Source of the DNA: Octopus sinensis
Lineage: Eukaryota
Direction of reading: 5' to 3'
NCBI RefSeq assembly: GCF_006345805.1
Contig: NC_043001.1
Location: 114,886,001 to 114,950,000, forward strand
Length of the DNA: 64,000 nt
Shown: positions 24,843-37,661 of the stretch, in pieces
Position numbering within the stretch: position 1 is the first letter of the stretch
Layout of the letters: each line of letters begins with the position of its first letter
Made by a program: the position numbers and the translations under genes
Notes under the pieces: generated by a model
Told to the model about the DNA's origin: nothing
What the model saw: only the letters and a program-made list of their open reading frames with translations
The model's database searches: none

Positions 24843-25283
24843 ATATTGTTATATTTCGGAATGGTCATATTGCCAGTTAGGCCAATAAAAACACACGCAC
24901 TATATATTTGGTGTTATTTTGCTTCAGTGATATTTATTTTTTACATTAATCTTAATCTTATTTCGGCCAAAGTTCTTTCGTCACACTCCTGTGACCGCAT
25001 CAGTGGTCCTTTGTTTTCTTCTCACTTACTTGTGTCTCTCCTTACTACCGTCAGCCATTTTATATATAAAATGGCTGACGGTTAGTAAGGAGAGACACAA
25101 GTAAGTGAGAAGAAAACAAAGGACCACTGATGCGGTCACAGGAGTGTGACGAAAGAACTTGGCCGAAATAAGATAAGATTAATGTAAAAAATAAATATCA
25201 CTGAAGCAAAATAACACCAAATTATAGTGCGTGTGTTTTATTGGCTAAACTGGCAATATGACCATTCCGAAATATAACAATAT
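24843..25283. mobile_element. about 440-bp near-perfect palindrome: two inverted PLE-type terminal repeats, each with a hammerhead-like motif
   Basis: Arms are reverse complements around CAGCCATTT-TATATATA-AAATGGCTG (centre 25064/25065). Each arm has CCA-CUGAUGC-G-GUCACA(ggag)UGUGAC-GAAAGAACUU(U)GG. Confidence 0.9.
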
Positions 25284-25824
25284 ATATATATAGATATATA
25301 TATATATGCATGTATCCATTTATGTATGTATTTGTGTACAATATGTCTACATGTGTAAGAGTGTATTTATATTACTTTTACGCACATATTATCTGCGGGG
25401 TTTACCAGAGTATTACAATCTCCTGAACGTTAATTCTCATATCGAGAAGCCAGTCGATGGATGATTTTCTATATAGGCAGAACACCAATTTAGATCGACA
25501 TTATAATGAAGAAAATCACATGTACAATATGGTCCTGTAGTTGACGGGATTTCAATGAAGCATGTAAGATGATGTAACTAAATACTCACTAGCAAAGGTT
25601 CCATAGAATTTTTTGGTAGTGTATTTGTAAGCATTCTAAATGGATATTCCTGATTCTACGAAGATGCAACTATTTTAAATAAAGCTGTAACTCAAAATCA
25701 TTTATAGCAAAGTTACACAATGATATTATAATTTATCTAAACCTCAAATACTAAAATCTGAGGATTTTGATATGAAACTAAATCTATGACTAGATACTAA
25801 ACATAACATAAACTGGGGGGGGGG

Positions 25825-26189
25825 GCACTCCGTCGGTTATGACGACGAGGGTTCCGGTTGATCCGATCAACGGAACAGCCTGATCGTGAAATTAACGTGT
25901 AAGTGGCTGAGCACTCCACAGACTCGTGTACCCTTAACGTAGTTCTCGGGGATATTCAGCGTGACACAGAGAGCGACAAGGCCGGCCCTTTGAAATACAG
26001 GTACAACAGAAACAGAAAGTAAGAGTGAGAGAAAGTTGTGATGAAAGAGTACAGCAAGGATCACCACCATCCCTGCCGGAACCTCGTGGAGCTTTAGGTG
26101 TTTTCGCTCAATAAACACTCACAACGAATCGAAAACGCGATCCTACGACCGCTAGTCCGCTGTCCTAACCACTGGGCCATTGCGCCTCC
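25825..26189 (-). mobile_element. SINE family B, near full length
   Basis: Matches the 13163-13542 copy. TSD CATAA(C/A)ATAAACT at 25802-25814 / 26190-26202. Confidence 0.93.
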
Positions 26190-27670
26190 CATAAAATAAA
26201 CTAATTCTATATTAAATAATAGTCCATGCCTGAATCTGATATCCCACGTGATCCTGTAATACTCCTCAATTCACACGCAATCTGCACCACAAAGCTAAAT
26301 CCAGAACACGAAATATATCATTCATCTTAATTCAGACAAAACGCAAAGTTGGCTCCAGAAACTAAGCGGAAACCCAGATTTTCTAGGATATAGAATTAAT
26401 TCTAAGAAGAAAGAGATGTGACCATCGTGCAAACTTGCGAGCTGTTAATAAAATAGTTAATGATATCAAAGCGATATTAATCAGCCGCCCGCTAACTAAC
26501 TATATATTTTTAGTACAACTAAATAACTATTATTTCTGAAAGTAAACATCTTAAGCCTTATCTTAAACTGAAACCTATTAATAAATTTAAATTGCTTCTA
26601 GGGACTTAATTAACCTATTTCAAAAACGAGCTATAATTTCTTTACAGCTATAACGCGAAGCACGCAATTAAATCAACGTTCATCAAATGCTTAATTACTA
26701 GATTTTAAAAATAAACATGGTTGTCATTAACCTAGAATTAAACCCCTTTATAAACTAACATTTTGTTTAATTAACGTCAATGAATTGGCAGAATCGTTAG
26801 AATAATAGACTGCTTTGCTCTATGTTCCGGTTTTCTCAATTTGGAATTGTTCCCACTCATTTCATATTTATATTGCTATTCTAAATGGAAAGCTTGTAGA
26901 TTTATTACAGAAGGCAAGGTTATTAGGTCTGGAATTAAAAAAAAAAATTGAATACTCTTTGAAATATGACAATCTCATATAAACTGTTTGGAAACAGCTA
27001 AATTTACAAGCCACACATTACATTTGGGAATTTTCAAAATTGTATATTTAATATTTCGGCAGTATTATTCCTTATCTAGATATCTCTAGACTTCACTGGA
27101 CATCACAAACTATTAATGAGCGATTTTTGTAATAATGGACATTTTCAGGTAAGGATAAGAAGTATTCAGATGCCTATGATTTTATTCTATCCTTTTCATT
27201 GTATTATCAAGAGAAAAAGCGGTGTTTATGAATCTTTCCGCAGTACCTGAGACTAAGGGGAGCAATGAAGACTAATGGGAGAAGGCATTACTAAGCCAGA
27301 AGCCTGTTTTAAATTCTTGCAACACAGAGAAAGGCAGCTAAGGGACCAAGTGGTAATTTTAATCAGGGAGATGAGTTAACTTTCCTGCCAAAGTCATTGG
27401 TATTATTTGAAGTCAGGAATCAAAAATGAATAAGTAAATACACGTAACAAACACCGCTAGGAATTTTTTCCAACGTTCTAAACAGCAGTCAGTCCAGTCC
27501 CACGGACAGATATTATGTAACAGACTCTGAAATGATAACATGCAAATTATCGATATTGGGATTTCAACTCAGAGCTGTAAGAAATGCCGTAACACATTTT
27601 GCCCTTCGCTTCAACATCTCTGGCAATTCACAGACTTATACCCCAAAGTGAAAAGATACCGGATATTGAA

Positions 27671-27867
27671 TTCAAATTTGGCACAAAACCAGCAACTTTG
27701 TGGGTGAGAGTAAGTCCAATGCCAGTGTTCAACTGGTACTTATTTTATTGACCCCGATAGGATGAAAGGTAAAGTAGACCTCCGCAGAATTTGAACTCAG
27801 AACGTGCAGACGGATGAAATGCCGCTAAGTATTTTGCCAGGCGTGCTAACGATTCTGCCGACTCGCC
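27671..27867 (-). mobile_element. SINE family A
   Basis: Reverse complement of the head (GGCGAGTCGGCAGAATCGTTAGCACGCC), B-box GAGTTCAAATTC and central domain. Confidence 0.88.
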
Positions 27868-28189
27868 ATCTCGAAAACATATTCTAATATTAGGAGGATA
27901 ACTCAGCAACATCTAACATTTCATGAAAAGCAATTCCTTGGAGAAACCTTGAAAACCTATGCTTCAAGCATTAGATATCGGCCTTAATAATGTTGTCATT
28001 TAACAAAATGGTCCTGTTCTCTATGGCATATTTGGCATGCATTGTAGTTAATATGGCTGCTGAGTTCTTTTTCAGTCAAATTACTAACAAAAAATTTAAA
28101 ATTAAAATGACTAGTATTAAGTAAACTAGCATTGTATAATTTGGTTGTGATCAAACATACACTTAAAATACGAAGTTTTCTGCAAATTA

Positions 28190-28419
28190 CGAGGCGCTTT
28201 CAAAAGGTATATGACTTTATTTTTTCCTGCCAAATCTAACGGCTCGTGGGCAAAGTTTTTGCGGTGGAAGATGACGTCACCCTTCCTGTGCAGCGGTCCG
28301 ATCATCACTACAAACTTGGCCGACAGACGGATTTGTCCCACACGTGACAGCAGCATTTCAATATAACCCACAAGTCAGCAATGCCCGGACACTGAACGAG
28401 GGCGTGCAGAAGGGCTTTC
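28190..28419 (+). mobile_element. possible mariner 5' end fragment
   Basis: TA-CGAGGCGCTTTCAAAAGGTAT resembles mariner TIRs; it is followed by a decayed start of transposase-like sequence. Confidence 0.4.
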
Positions 28420-28576
28420 CTTTTTGTGCCTTATTATTTAACACACTCACCGCTAAAATTTCCACTTAGTTCTTATTGTTATTTTCCTAAAATTTTTCTT
28501 GCGTCTTGCAAACTTTTCAGTAAGAAATAAGTAGAAATTTTACCGGTGAGTTTGTTAAATTATAAGGCACAAAAAG
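28420..28576. repeat. about 59-bp imperfect inverted repeat enclosing a hammerhead-like motif
   Basis: CTTTTTGTGCCTTAT.ATTTAACA.ACTCACCG.TAAAATTTC.ACTTA.TTCTTA.TG is mirrored at 28518-28576. Confidence 0.85.
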
Positions 28577-28602
28577 AAAATGACTCTCCCCAGACACAAC
28601 AG

Positions 28603-28612
28603 AATAATAAGG

Positions 28613-28671
<59 letters not shown>
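28603..28671. repeat. (AAT)n microsatellite
   Basis: Seen directly. (ATT)n also at 38498-38626. Confidence 0.97.
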
Positions 28672-28673
<2 letters not shown>

Positions 28674-29483
28674 CAAATCAATTCCATATAGCCACAACAG
28701 AAGTTGCTGAAAAAAATAGTTGGGATTGGCTGATGAAAGGAACACTAAAAAGAAGAGACCGAAAGCACTACACTGACTGCACAAGACCAAGCTTTGGCCA
28801 CGAAGTGGAGGATCAACCCTAGGAATGAGCAAGTGTCTCCTCTGTGCCGCATCTGCAATAGGGTGGATGAAACCATTGCCCATACCACGAATGAATGTCC
28901 TACAGTTTCCCGAAACCACTACAAATTGTGACGACACAATCAAATAATGAAAGTTCTACATTGGAAACTGTGAGAAAAGTGGAAGCTAGAGAGAGGCAAG
29001 GTATGGTATGAGCACAAACCACAAAGAGTGGCGGAGTCGGAGACTAGTAGAATCTTCTAGGATGCCCCAGTCCAAACAGATCAGGTGTTAGAGCATAACA
29101 AGCAGCACCTAGTAGTGATGGACAAGGTGCACCACATATACTATATAGTTGATGTTCCCCTTTGACCCACGGATAGTCAAGAAGGAAGTCGAAAAGACAG
29201 ATAAAAACAACCCTTTTAAGAACGAAATAGCCCGGCTATGTAAAATGAAGAAGATGAAGATAGTGCCGATTATTGTTGGGTCTTTGGAAATTAGAATAGA
29301 GTGTCCCGTAGGACTGTTACAAAAGGTTTGCCTCTTTGGTACGGCCAGAATAATCAGGAAAGTATTAACTGAAAAGAACGGATAGCATAACACCGTAGGC
29401 TGCAGGTAGTTAGCCCGCTATGCATGCAAGACTCCAGGAATTCCAACAAAACCTGTGATAATGAGAAATAATCATCATAATAA
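28672..29483 (+). mobile_element. R4/Dong-clade non-LTR retrotransposon 3' end (CCHC finger and restriction-like endonuclease), decayed
   Basis: SWDWLMKGTLK, ETEA..AQDQALAT, CRIC..ETIAH...C, RHNQIMKVLHWKL, WYEHKP, QTDQVLEHNK, IVDV.PFD..IVKKEVEK, VPIIVGSL, LQKVCLFGTARIIRKVL. TAA-rich tail. Confidence 0.9.
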
Positions 29484-30494
29484 TTTTGACAGCCCATTTT
29501 GAAACAGATCCAGTTATATATAAGAGTATATAATGTATTGGGTTAAATATCACTTGGAAAAAAAGGTGCCGAAGATTCTATGCAGAACTGAAACTGCATG
29601 TTCTTCGAGTTATGCATAAAGCATTCGACTTTTTTTTAGTTTTCTATATTTAAAGGTTGCTTAACCCAATATATCCCATAGCATTGCTTATAACAGGGTT
29701 TACTTTAATGCTCACAGTTAGAAGACATTACTTCAAGTTTTCTCAATGTTTCGTATCATCATGGTGTAAAGAATCATCATTTTCTCCTCACAAAACTTTA
29801 CCTTTAATGTTTTTCTGAGAAAAGTCGATCCTGCTAGATTTCACACTTAATTTATTGAATTATCATATAACACTACTTCCTATACGTATTATACAAGAGT
29901 GATGATTTTGTGATCATTAATCTTTCAAGTGCGAGAAATATTATACGCTTCTGAAGAGGACTTAGACAGAAACATATACAAAGTTGTCCCCCGTATTTGC
30001 TAAAATCATATTAGATTCCTAACGGCATAATTATTATAGATAGAAAACCTTTCGCCGCTGTGGTGCTTATATTTTCTTTTCTTCACAAAATGAGTTTTAT
30101 AGATTAAAATTTTGTCATCACTATATTTAAATATGATGACACTGACTTGCAAATTAACGAAAATATGTTACGTAGACGCTTGTTTCCATGGTTACACTAA
30201 AATTAGGTTTTAGAGTTCTTTGCATTCCTAAGATATCTACATATGTATAGTTTGGCTTATTACTACTGCATCTAAGCTTCTAATAGATATTGGCATTGCA
30301 ATATTATTTCAGATATGCTGACAGAGGTTTCCTTATTCTTATTAATGCTTATATATTTGCTTTATATTGATATTGTAAGTTTTTTTCGTTGACGTTTATG
30401 TTGTGGGCGTTGTGATTATCATAGTTATGGCAACTATCTATCTGCTTACTCCCCTTTCTCTCTCTCTCTCATATATATATATTATATATATATA

Positions 30495-30556
<62 letters not shown>

Positions 30557-30756
30557 TATATATTTTATATATAGCCTTTCTATTTCACCCACTCCGCACG
30601 CTCATACACGCAGTGGCTATGTCGATTGACAGACAAAATAATTGGTTAATGTGACAGTGGTGTTAGTGTTACAGAATTATTATATTGATTAGGATAATTA
30701 ATAAGATTGATTACTTCACAAACTGTTTCTTTACAGCAATATCGATATATAGATAT

Positions 30757-30819
<63 letters not shown>

Positions 30820-30854
30820 GACAGACAGACAGGCAGGCAGATAGATAGATTGTG

Positions 30855-30894
<40 letters not shown>

Positions 30895-31485
30895 GGGGGT
30901 GACTGTGCGTTTGTGTGAGTGTGTGTATGCGCGCATTCGTGCGTGCGTGTGCATCTATGGAAATATAAGAAATTATCTCTTACGGTAGGAGTCGGTGAGT
31001 ACCGCGCCTCACTTAATTTAAAGACAGAATAGTAAAAGACTTTTACATATTCATACACGCATATAGCTGTATTTCAGCATATATATTTGCATGTGTGCGT
31101 GTGTTGTTTGTGTGTGCGCTTGTGTGTTTGTTTGAGTGTGTGAGTATGTGCGTGTGCAAGCGTGCATGTATGTATATGTTTATGTTTATGTAAACGTTAA
31201 TATATATATATATATATATATATGACTGTGTTCATGTGTTTGCGCATTTGTAGCTTTTCAAAATGCATATATTCAGTCAATTCTTTCCATAAAAATATCA
31301 CCCTGGATTCCAATGAAATTGCTAAATTACATGAGAGAAATTTCAGTAACTAGAGTAGTGAAGAGTTACATCTTAAAATTAAAATACCTTCCATATATTC
31401 ACAGCTTCACCTATACTTTATGCTTACAAATTCCGAGTTAGAAGAACTTTACATATAGTTATTGGGATGCAAGTGACACAAAATT

Positions 31486-31700
31486 GGTTGCAAATTTTGG
31501 CATAAGGCCAGCAATCTCGGCGCTGGAGTTAAGTCGATTACATCAAACCCCAGTTTTTTAATGGTACTTATTTTATCGACCTCGAAAGAACAAAAGATAA
31601 TATTGACCACGGCAGAATTAGAACTCAGTAGGTAAAGATGGACGAAATGCCGCTAAGCATTTTGTCCGACGCACTAACAATTCTGCCCGCTAGCAGCCTT
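31486..31700 (-). mobile_element. SINE family A, diverged
   Basis: Colinear with 27671-27867. Confidence 0.8.
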
Positions 31701-32856
31701 CCAAGTGGTACAAAATTAAAAACTATTCTTCTATCAAATTATATTATTGTAAAAATGATTACTTACAAACGTAATACATTAATAATGTAGATGTGGACAA
31801 TGCTTTGAATTGGTGTTTACAACTGTGTTTTCGTAATGGATATCTAAAAAGGCTGAATTTATTTAAATATACCGTATGAGTCTCACCGGAAAATATTTCA
31901 ATGATGAAATCTTTGAAAACGCTTCCTTTTGAAGCGAAGCGTAATTTCTATCTGTTACAGTAGTCGTAATGGTGTGTGGCCTCTGATCTAAATGTTTTCT
32001 GCAGTCTCACACTTTGTTATGATGTGTACTTTTACAGACTGCAAACACTTTTCCCCTTACCCCCATTTTTTTTTCTATTTTGAAAAGAAATAAAGCAAAC
32101 TATTCAATCTCAAAATGTATATAAAGCATCACTCGCTACCACATTTTTTCACCTCCACTCTGTATTCTTTGAGTTTTCTCTGACACATTTCACTTGTAAA
32201 GCAAATCATATTCCTTCCCCCATTTTTTTTTTTTTTGGTTTTTCGTTTTGTTTAGTAGTGTTGCTCGTATTATTAGAGGTATAAATATATAGATATTGAT
32301 TTTCCCCTATAATACGAATACAGAATATATCCCATATGTCAATGAAGCGCTGTAGAGTAACACTCTAAAAAAGCAATTATAATAGGAACTTGATTTTAAA
32401 CCTATGTGCGTATGGGGGAGGGAGTTTATACATTTAGGGATTCCTTAAAAATAGAAACGTGTTGCATATTTGTATTTAATGCTGTCCCCGGTGTAAGGTC
32501 CCCTTTCGGCACCAATTGATAAAGTAGACATAAGTTGTAATATAGGACGTACCACTACGATCAGTAAATAAGCTCTCTCTCTCTCTCTCTCGTCCTCCTC
32601 CTCTCTCTCTCCGACTCTCCCTCTCTCTCTCTCTCTCTCCTCTCTCCTCCTATGAAGTACATAGAAACTTAGACACCTAAATTTTATAAAAAATACTCAC
32701 ATATATCTGTGTGTATGTAGTTATATATATATAAAAAAAAAGTGTGTGTGTGTGTGTGTGTGTACGTATGTATGTAATATATACATATATATCATATATA
32801 TATATATTATATATATATATACATACATTATATTATGCATATATATATATATATGC

Positions 32857-32902
<46 letters not shown>

Positions 32903-32905
<3 letters not shown>

Positions 32906-33085
32906 AGGGAGAGTTACGAACAAAACAAAAGACGAAGACAGGTGGTGTACAAAGCAAACAGATGTTTATTATAAACGCTCAGGAATAGGAAAAGTTTTTT
33001 ACGCTTCGAGCCTACGCTTTTCTACAGAAAGACACACAGAAAAAAACAAGGAGAGAAAAAATGTGTGTAGTGGCTAACGATCTAT
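32903..33085 (-). mobile_element. PLE-type terminal repeat (family A6U) with hammerhead-like motif at 32996-33031
   Basis: Minus strand: CUUU-CUGUAGA-A-AAGC(guag)GCUC-GAAGCGU-A-AAA. Flanked by (TA)n. Confidence 0.75.
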
Positions 33086-33161
33086 ATATACAAAGACATT
33101 TTTCAGAACGAGATAAAAAAAAACAAGGCTGTGAAGATTTTAGAACATTTATAATTAGAAG

Positions 33162-33209
33162 GCCTTACAGCTGTTTCCAGGATATCTATTATATCCCTTC
33201 ATCGGAGAC
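33162..33209 (-). ncRNA. well-formed hammerhead-like motif (U4C variant) in an inverted PLE repeat
   Basis: GUCU-CCGAUGA-A-GGGAUAU(aauag)AUAUCCU-G-GAA-ACAGCUGU-A-AGGC: stem I GUCU/AGGC, 7-bp stem II, palindromic stem III, GUA cleavage triplet. Confidence 0.75.
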
Positions 33210-33454
33210 GCTGTGAGAAAATTGTTAAGCAATAGTTAATTTAGATAAGATACGAAATAGAGAGTGAAATGGAGGAATGAAAATATATGTGAGATATGTA
33301 GGGATATTGCATTTGTAGATCCATTATTTAGGCAGAATGGTATACATATAAGATTCCAATACTTTGTGAGTAAATTCCAATAGTATCTAAAATTGTTCAT
33401 TCCAAGTATAAAGTTTGTACACAGTGCTATTGAATCAAGGGTTTTATTTATTCC

Positions 33455-33860
33455 TTCCTACAATTCGACATAAATAATTACTACTCTTCTAATTTTCCTA
33501 AACTTCTTAATCAGGCTCTTCTTCTAGCTAGGGACCTTACTAACCTCAGCCCACTAGAAATTAACATAAAACTTAATGCCCGCAAAACTCTTATTTCTTT
33601 TGAAAGCAAACTCTGGTGCCAGGCCAATAACCACAGCAATAATCATAGCAACCTATTTGACATAACCATGGCATCATCTTATTCAGCTCAGGTCACTGAC
33701 TTACTTGGACTATATATACTACATCACCTCCATATACTTTTTCCTAACATCAAGGGAGGCCTATACAGGGACGACGCTTTGTTAGTTACCAAAAGCATAA
33801 ATAAATCTTAAGAAGAACTTCAAAGGATCTACACAACATACTTTAAGATGATTTGCTAGC
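33455..33860 (+). mobile_element. Penelope-like RT core fragment, Naiad-type motifs
   Basis: Stop-free frame 33455-33811, absent from the ORF track: FLQFDINNYYSS..KLLNQALLLA..NARKTLISFESKLW..LFDITMASSYSAQVTDLLGLYIL..GGLYRDDALL. Confidence 0.85.
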
Positions 33861-33956
33861 CCCATGCACTTCGATATATATATATATCTATGTGTGTGTG
33901 TGGGTGTGTGTGTGTATGTATGTATTTATATATATGTATGTAGATATATATATATA

Positions 33957-33988
<32 letters not shown>

Positions 33989-34009
33989 CACACACACAAA
34001 TACATACAC

Positions 34010-34092
<83 letters not shown>

Positions 34093-34120
34093 TTCTGTGT
34101 GCGTTTATAATTTATATATA

Positions 34121-34177
34121 AATCCTTAAATCCTTAAAAATGTTTTAGCCCGAAGGCCGCGGCCATGCTGGGGCACC
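34121..34177 (-). mobile_element. retroposon 3'-tail fragment (second copy 53662-53718, plus strand)
   Basis: Consensus of the two copies GGTGC(C/T)CCAG(C/T)ATGGCCGC(G/A)GCCTTCGGGCTAAAACATTTT followed by AAGGATTT repeats. Confidence 0.7.
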
Positions 34178-35418
34178 ACTCCATTTTTTCATATTTCTAT
34201 AATCATGCTGGGGCCATGTATTCGCATGTATCTATGCGACCATGTATCCTAGAAGAAATTGGCCCATGTATTCATATTCATTTTTATGGTTAGTGTAGCA
34301 GACATTTATTCTCCCGAAATACAGAGTTACGAGGACGAAAACAAACTGACACCATATATCCGACTGTTGTGGGACAAGCACAGACACATTAATCCGTGCG
34401 TGTATGTGTGTGTGTGTGTGTGTGTTTTGTGTGTGTATAGGTATGAACAAGTCTGTATATATGCGTGTGTGTTTGTATAGGATTGTGTATAATATTTATA
34501 TGCCTATGTTCTGAATATTGTTAGAATAGAATATCCGGCAACAAACATTAGTAATTCCAATAAAAGTATATAGTAACCTAATTATATAGTCGAGGAAATG
34601 AAATATTCATTAGAAAGGAATCACGTCGAAAAGACATCAAAGAATACAGCCAAAGGAAAAGAAGGGGAGAGAGGGAGAGATGGGTAGAGAGAGACGAAGG
34701 TGGAGTGAATGATTGAAAGAGTTATAGACTTGAGGGAGGGACAGGGATTGGGCGAGAGAGTGATTGTCCAAGAGAGGTAAAAATATTTTTGGCATATGTT
34801 TTTTTTTAATGAAATGGCGTCCATCCAGTGTAAACTTGAAGCAAAATTTGAGTGCATTACGTGTAAGAACACGTAGGTCAGACAATAGATCACCCTTCTT
34901 ATCGAATATTCATAAATGAGTGTGCAACCCTCTACATCAAACGTTCTTATTGATGCGTAACAAGTGGTATCGAAGTGCGATGGGCTAGTTTGAAAATGAA
35001 ATTTATGCTCTTATAAAATATGGTGTAATTAATGACTAAGATTCACTAAAATTTTGGTATCTTGGTATTCATGTTGATAGAAGAAACAAATTAAATAATA
35101 GTTTTCAGGTCTCTGTTTAGATTTTCTTTTTTCTCTTTATTTCTAAATTTCTAACCTTGAAGCGAGTTATCTTTTGCTATTGCACCGGTATCTTTTTTAT
35201 TTGGTATTTAGTGCACTACAAATTACACACACACACACACACAGAAACACAAACACACATGCACGCACGCAAGCGGGCATACACTCACACTCACATTTAC
35301 ACGCACATTCACACACACACAAACACAAACACATGCACAGACACAGAGACACACACAAACACACATATATGACAACTGTTTTTCTCTACAGCACACGAAT
35401 TTCACCAAGGGAAGGTTC

Positions 35419-35518
35419 NNNNNNNNNNNNNNNNNNNNNNNNNNNNNNNNNNNNNNNNNNNNNNNNNNNNNNNNNNNNNNNNNNNNNNNNNNNNNNNNNN
35501 NNNNNNNNNNNNNNNNNN
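35419..35518. other. assembly gap (100 N)
   Basis: Run of N. Confidence 1.
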
Positions 35519-35639
35519 TTGATTGATTGATAATTCTGAGTGTTTGTGTGTGTGCGTGTGTGTGTTTGTGTGCGCACGCGTGTATGTGTTTAAAATCTTA
35601 ATTATCTTTATTTGAAAATACCACAGATCCACTCGACTA

Positions 35640-35812
35640 GGCGTAGGAGTGGCTGTGTATTAACTAGCTTGCTTACCAACCACATCGTTCTGGGTTCAGT
35701 CTCACTGCGTGACACCTTGCGCAAGTGTCTTCTAGTATAGCCTCGGGCCAACCAAAGCCTTGTGACTGGATTTGGTAAACGGAAATTGAAAGGAACCCTT
35801 CGTATATATATG

Positions 35813-35855
<43 letters not shown>

Positions 35856-36072
35856 ATGTTTGTGTGTCTGTGTTTGTCCTCCCAACATCACTTGACAACG
35901 ATGCTGGTATGTTTACGTCCCCGTAACTTAGCGGTTCGGCAAAAGAGACCGATAGAATAAGTACTAGGCTCACAAAGAATAAGTCCTGGGGTCGATTTGC
36001 TCGACGACAAGCGGTGTTCCAGCATGGCCACAGTCAAATGACTGAAACAAGTAAAAGAGTAAACAAGTAAAA
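35640..36072 (+). mobile_element. tRNA-derived SINE family C, full length, with internal (TA)/(TG) microsatellite
   Basis: Head GGCGTAGGAGTGGCTGTG..GGGTTCAGTCTCAC, CORE-like ACCTTG.GCAAGT, tail GACTGAAACAAGTAAAAGAGTAA. Matches the 54708 and 17031 copies. Confidence 0.9.
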
Positions 36073-36984
36073 ATGTGTGCCTGAACGGAATTGCACAAAA
36101 AGTCTTCTGTCCTGGAACTGATACCAGTGCAAAGAAGTCGCTTATTGAGATGCTCTCCCCGATAGTTGCTTAACCAAACTGAACAGAATTTGCAATATTT
36201 TCAAAGTAGACAGTTAAATGACACTTTAAACAAAGATTTTTTTTTTATTAAAGCAAAGCATGATTGTCCATAATTCTTATTTATTGTCATTGTTTATTAA
36301 GAAACCTTCATTAATAATTAAAAATTCAATATACTTAATAAAGTAAAATCACTAAAACAAAGGAATGCGCATACGAAAAACCACAGTAAACTAAACAAAC
36401 ACACAGATACTCAAACTCAATACGGAAACAGAAACGCGTAAGCTATCACAGCCAAACATACAAACACACATGCATACGTGTATATATATACGGACATACA
36501 CGGCCATACACTCACAAAATCAAATAATCAAATTAATCAATATCAAGAAAAGAACAATATTAAAATGAATTCAGACATAGTTAACCATTGAATTAATATT
36601 ATTTCATGTCTCTATGAATTCATTATTAACTGGACTATGTGATTTGCTTACAATCTGGTGTTGAGATAAAATCAAAACGTTGTTATCGTTAGCATAATTT
36701 CACAAGTACTTCATAATTAACGCTATTAAAAATGCATAATTTCCCCATTAACCTCTAGGAACGTTGAAAGCAACTTGCACGTATTAATTTGGTAAAATTG
36801 TGGTAAAAGACAATATCCAACGAATAATTAAAATTAATCTGTTTTCAATTATAATTAATAAACACATACAAAAATGTGTGTGTTTGGGAGTGTGGGTGTG
36901 TGTGTGTAAACATACATGAACGAAATTATGCACATAACCGTTTATATAGACACACTTTATACATAGACCAAGATACATACATAC

Positions 36985-37020
<36 letters not shown>

Positions 37021-37048
37021 ATCTCTCTCTCTTATATATATATACACA

Positions 37049-37104
<56 letters not shown>

Positions 37105-37469
37105 TATATACACACGCACGCACACACATTTTTGTATATATTCATTAATTATAATTGAAAGCAGATTATTTTTATATATATGATGAGAGATTGTGTGGGA
37201 GAGATAATCTAGCTGTGGGTATGTGTATGTATTTGTGTGTGTGTGTGTGTGTTCCATATTAATTCAAGCAATTTTCCCTGTATATCATTAAATTATTCAG
37301 TGTATCTATGCCTGATTTCCTACGTGCGAACTCAAATGTAATATATTTTCTTTGGTCCTAATTTTAGTAGCCAAACGTATTATTGCGCAGTAAGGGAAAT
37401 TTATTAGTGATGCACAATTGTGAAAGGATATTATGTGTGTGTTTATGTGAGGGCGTGTGTCTGTGCAAG

Positions 37470-37518
<49 letters not shown>

Positions 37519-37599
37519 GCATATATTTAGGATTTATGTAATCTTGAAAATATTATTTATGTAATTCACGGACACCTTAATTTTTTACTTGTATATATG

Positions 37600-37655
<56 letters not shown>

Positions 37656-37661
37656 TGTGTA

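Noticed and set aside
35378-35418. Splice-acceptor-like TTTTTCTCTACAG followed by a possible micro-exon before the gap
   Set aside because: Single weak signal cut by the N gap, with no partner exons.
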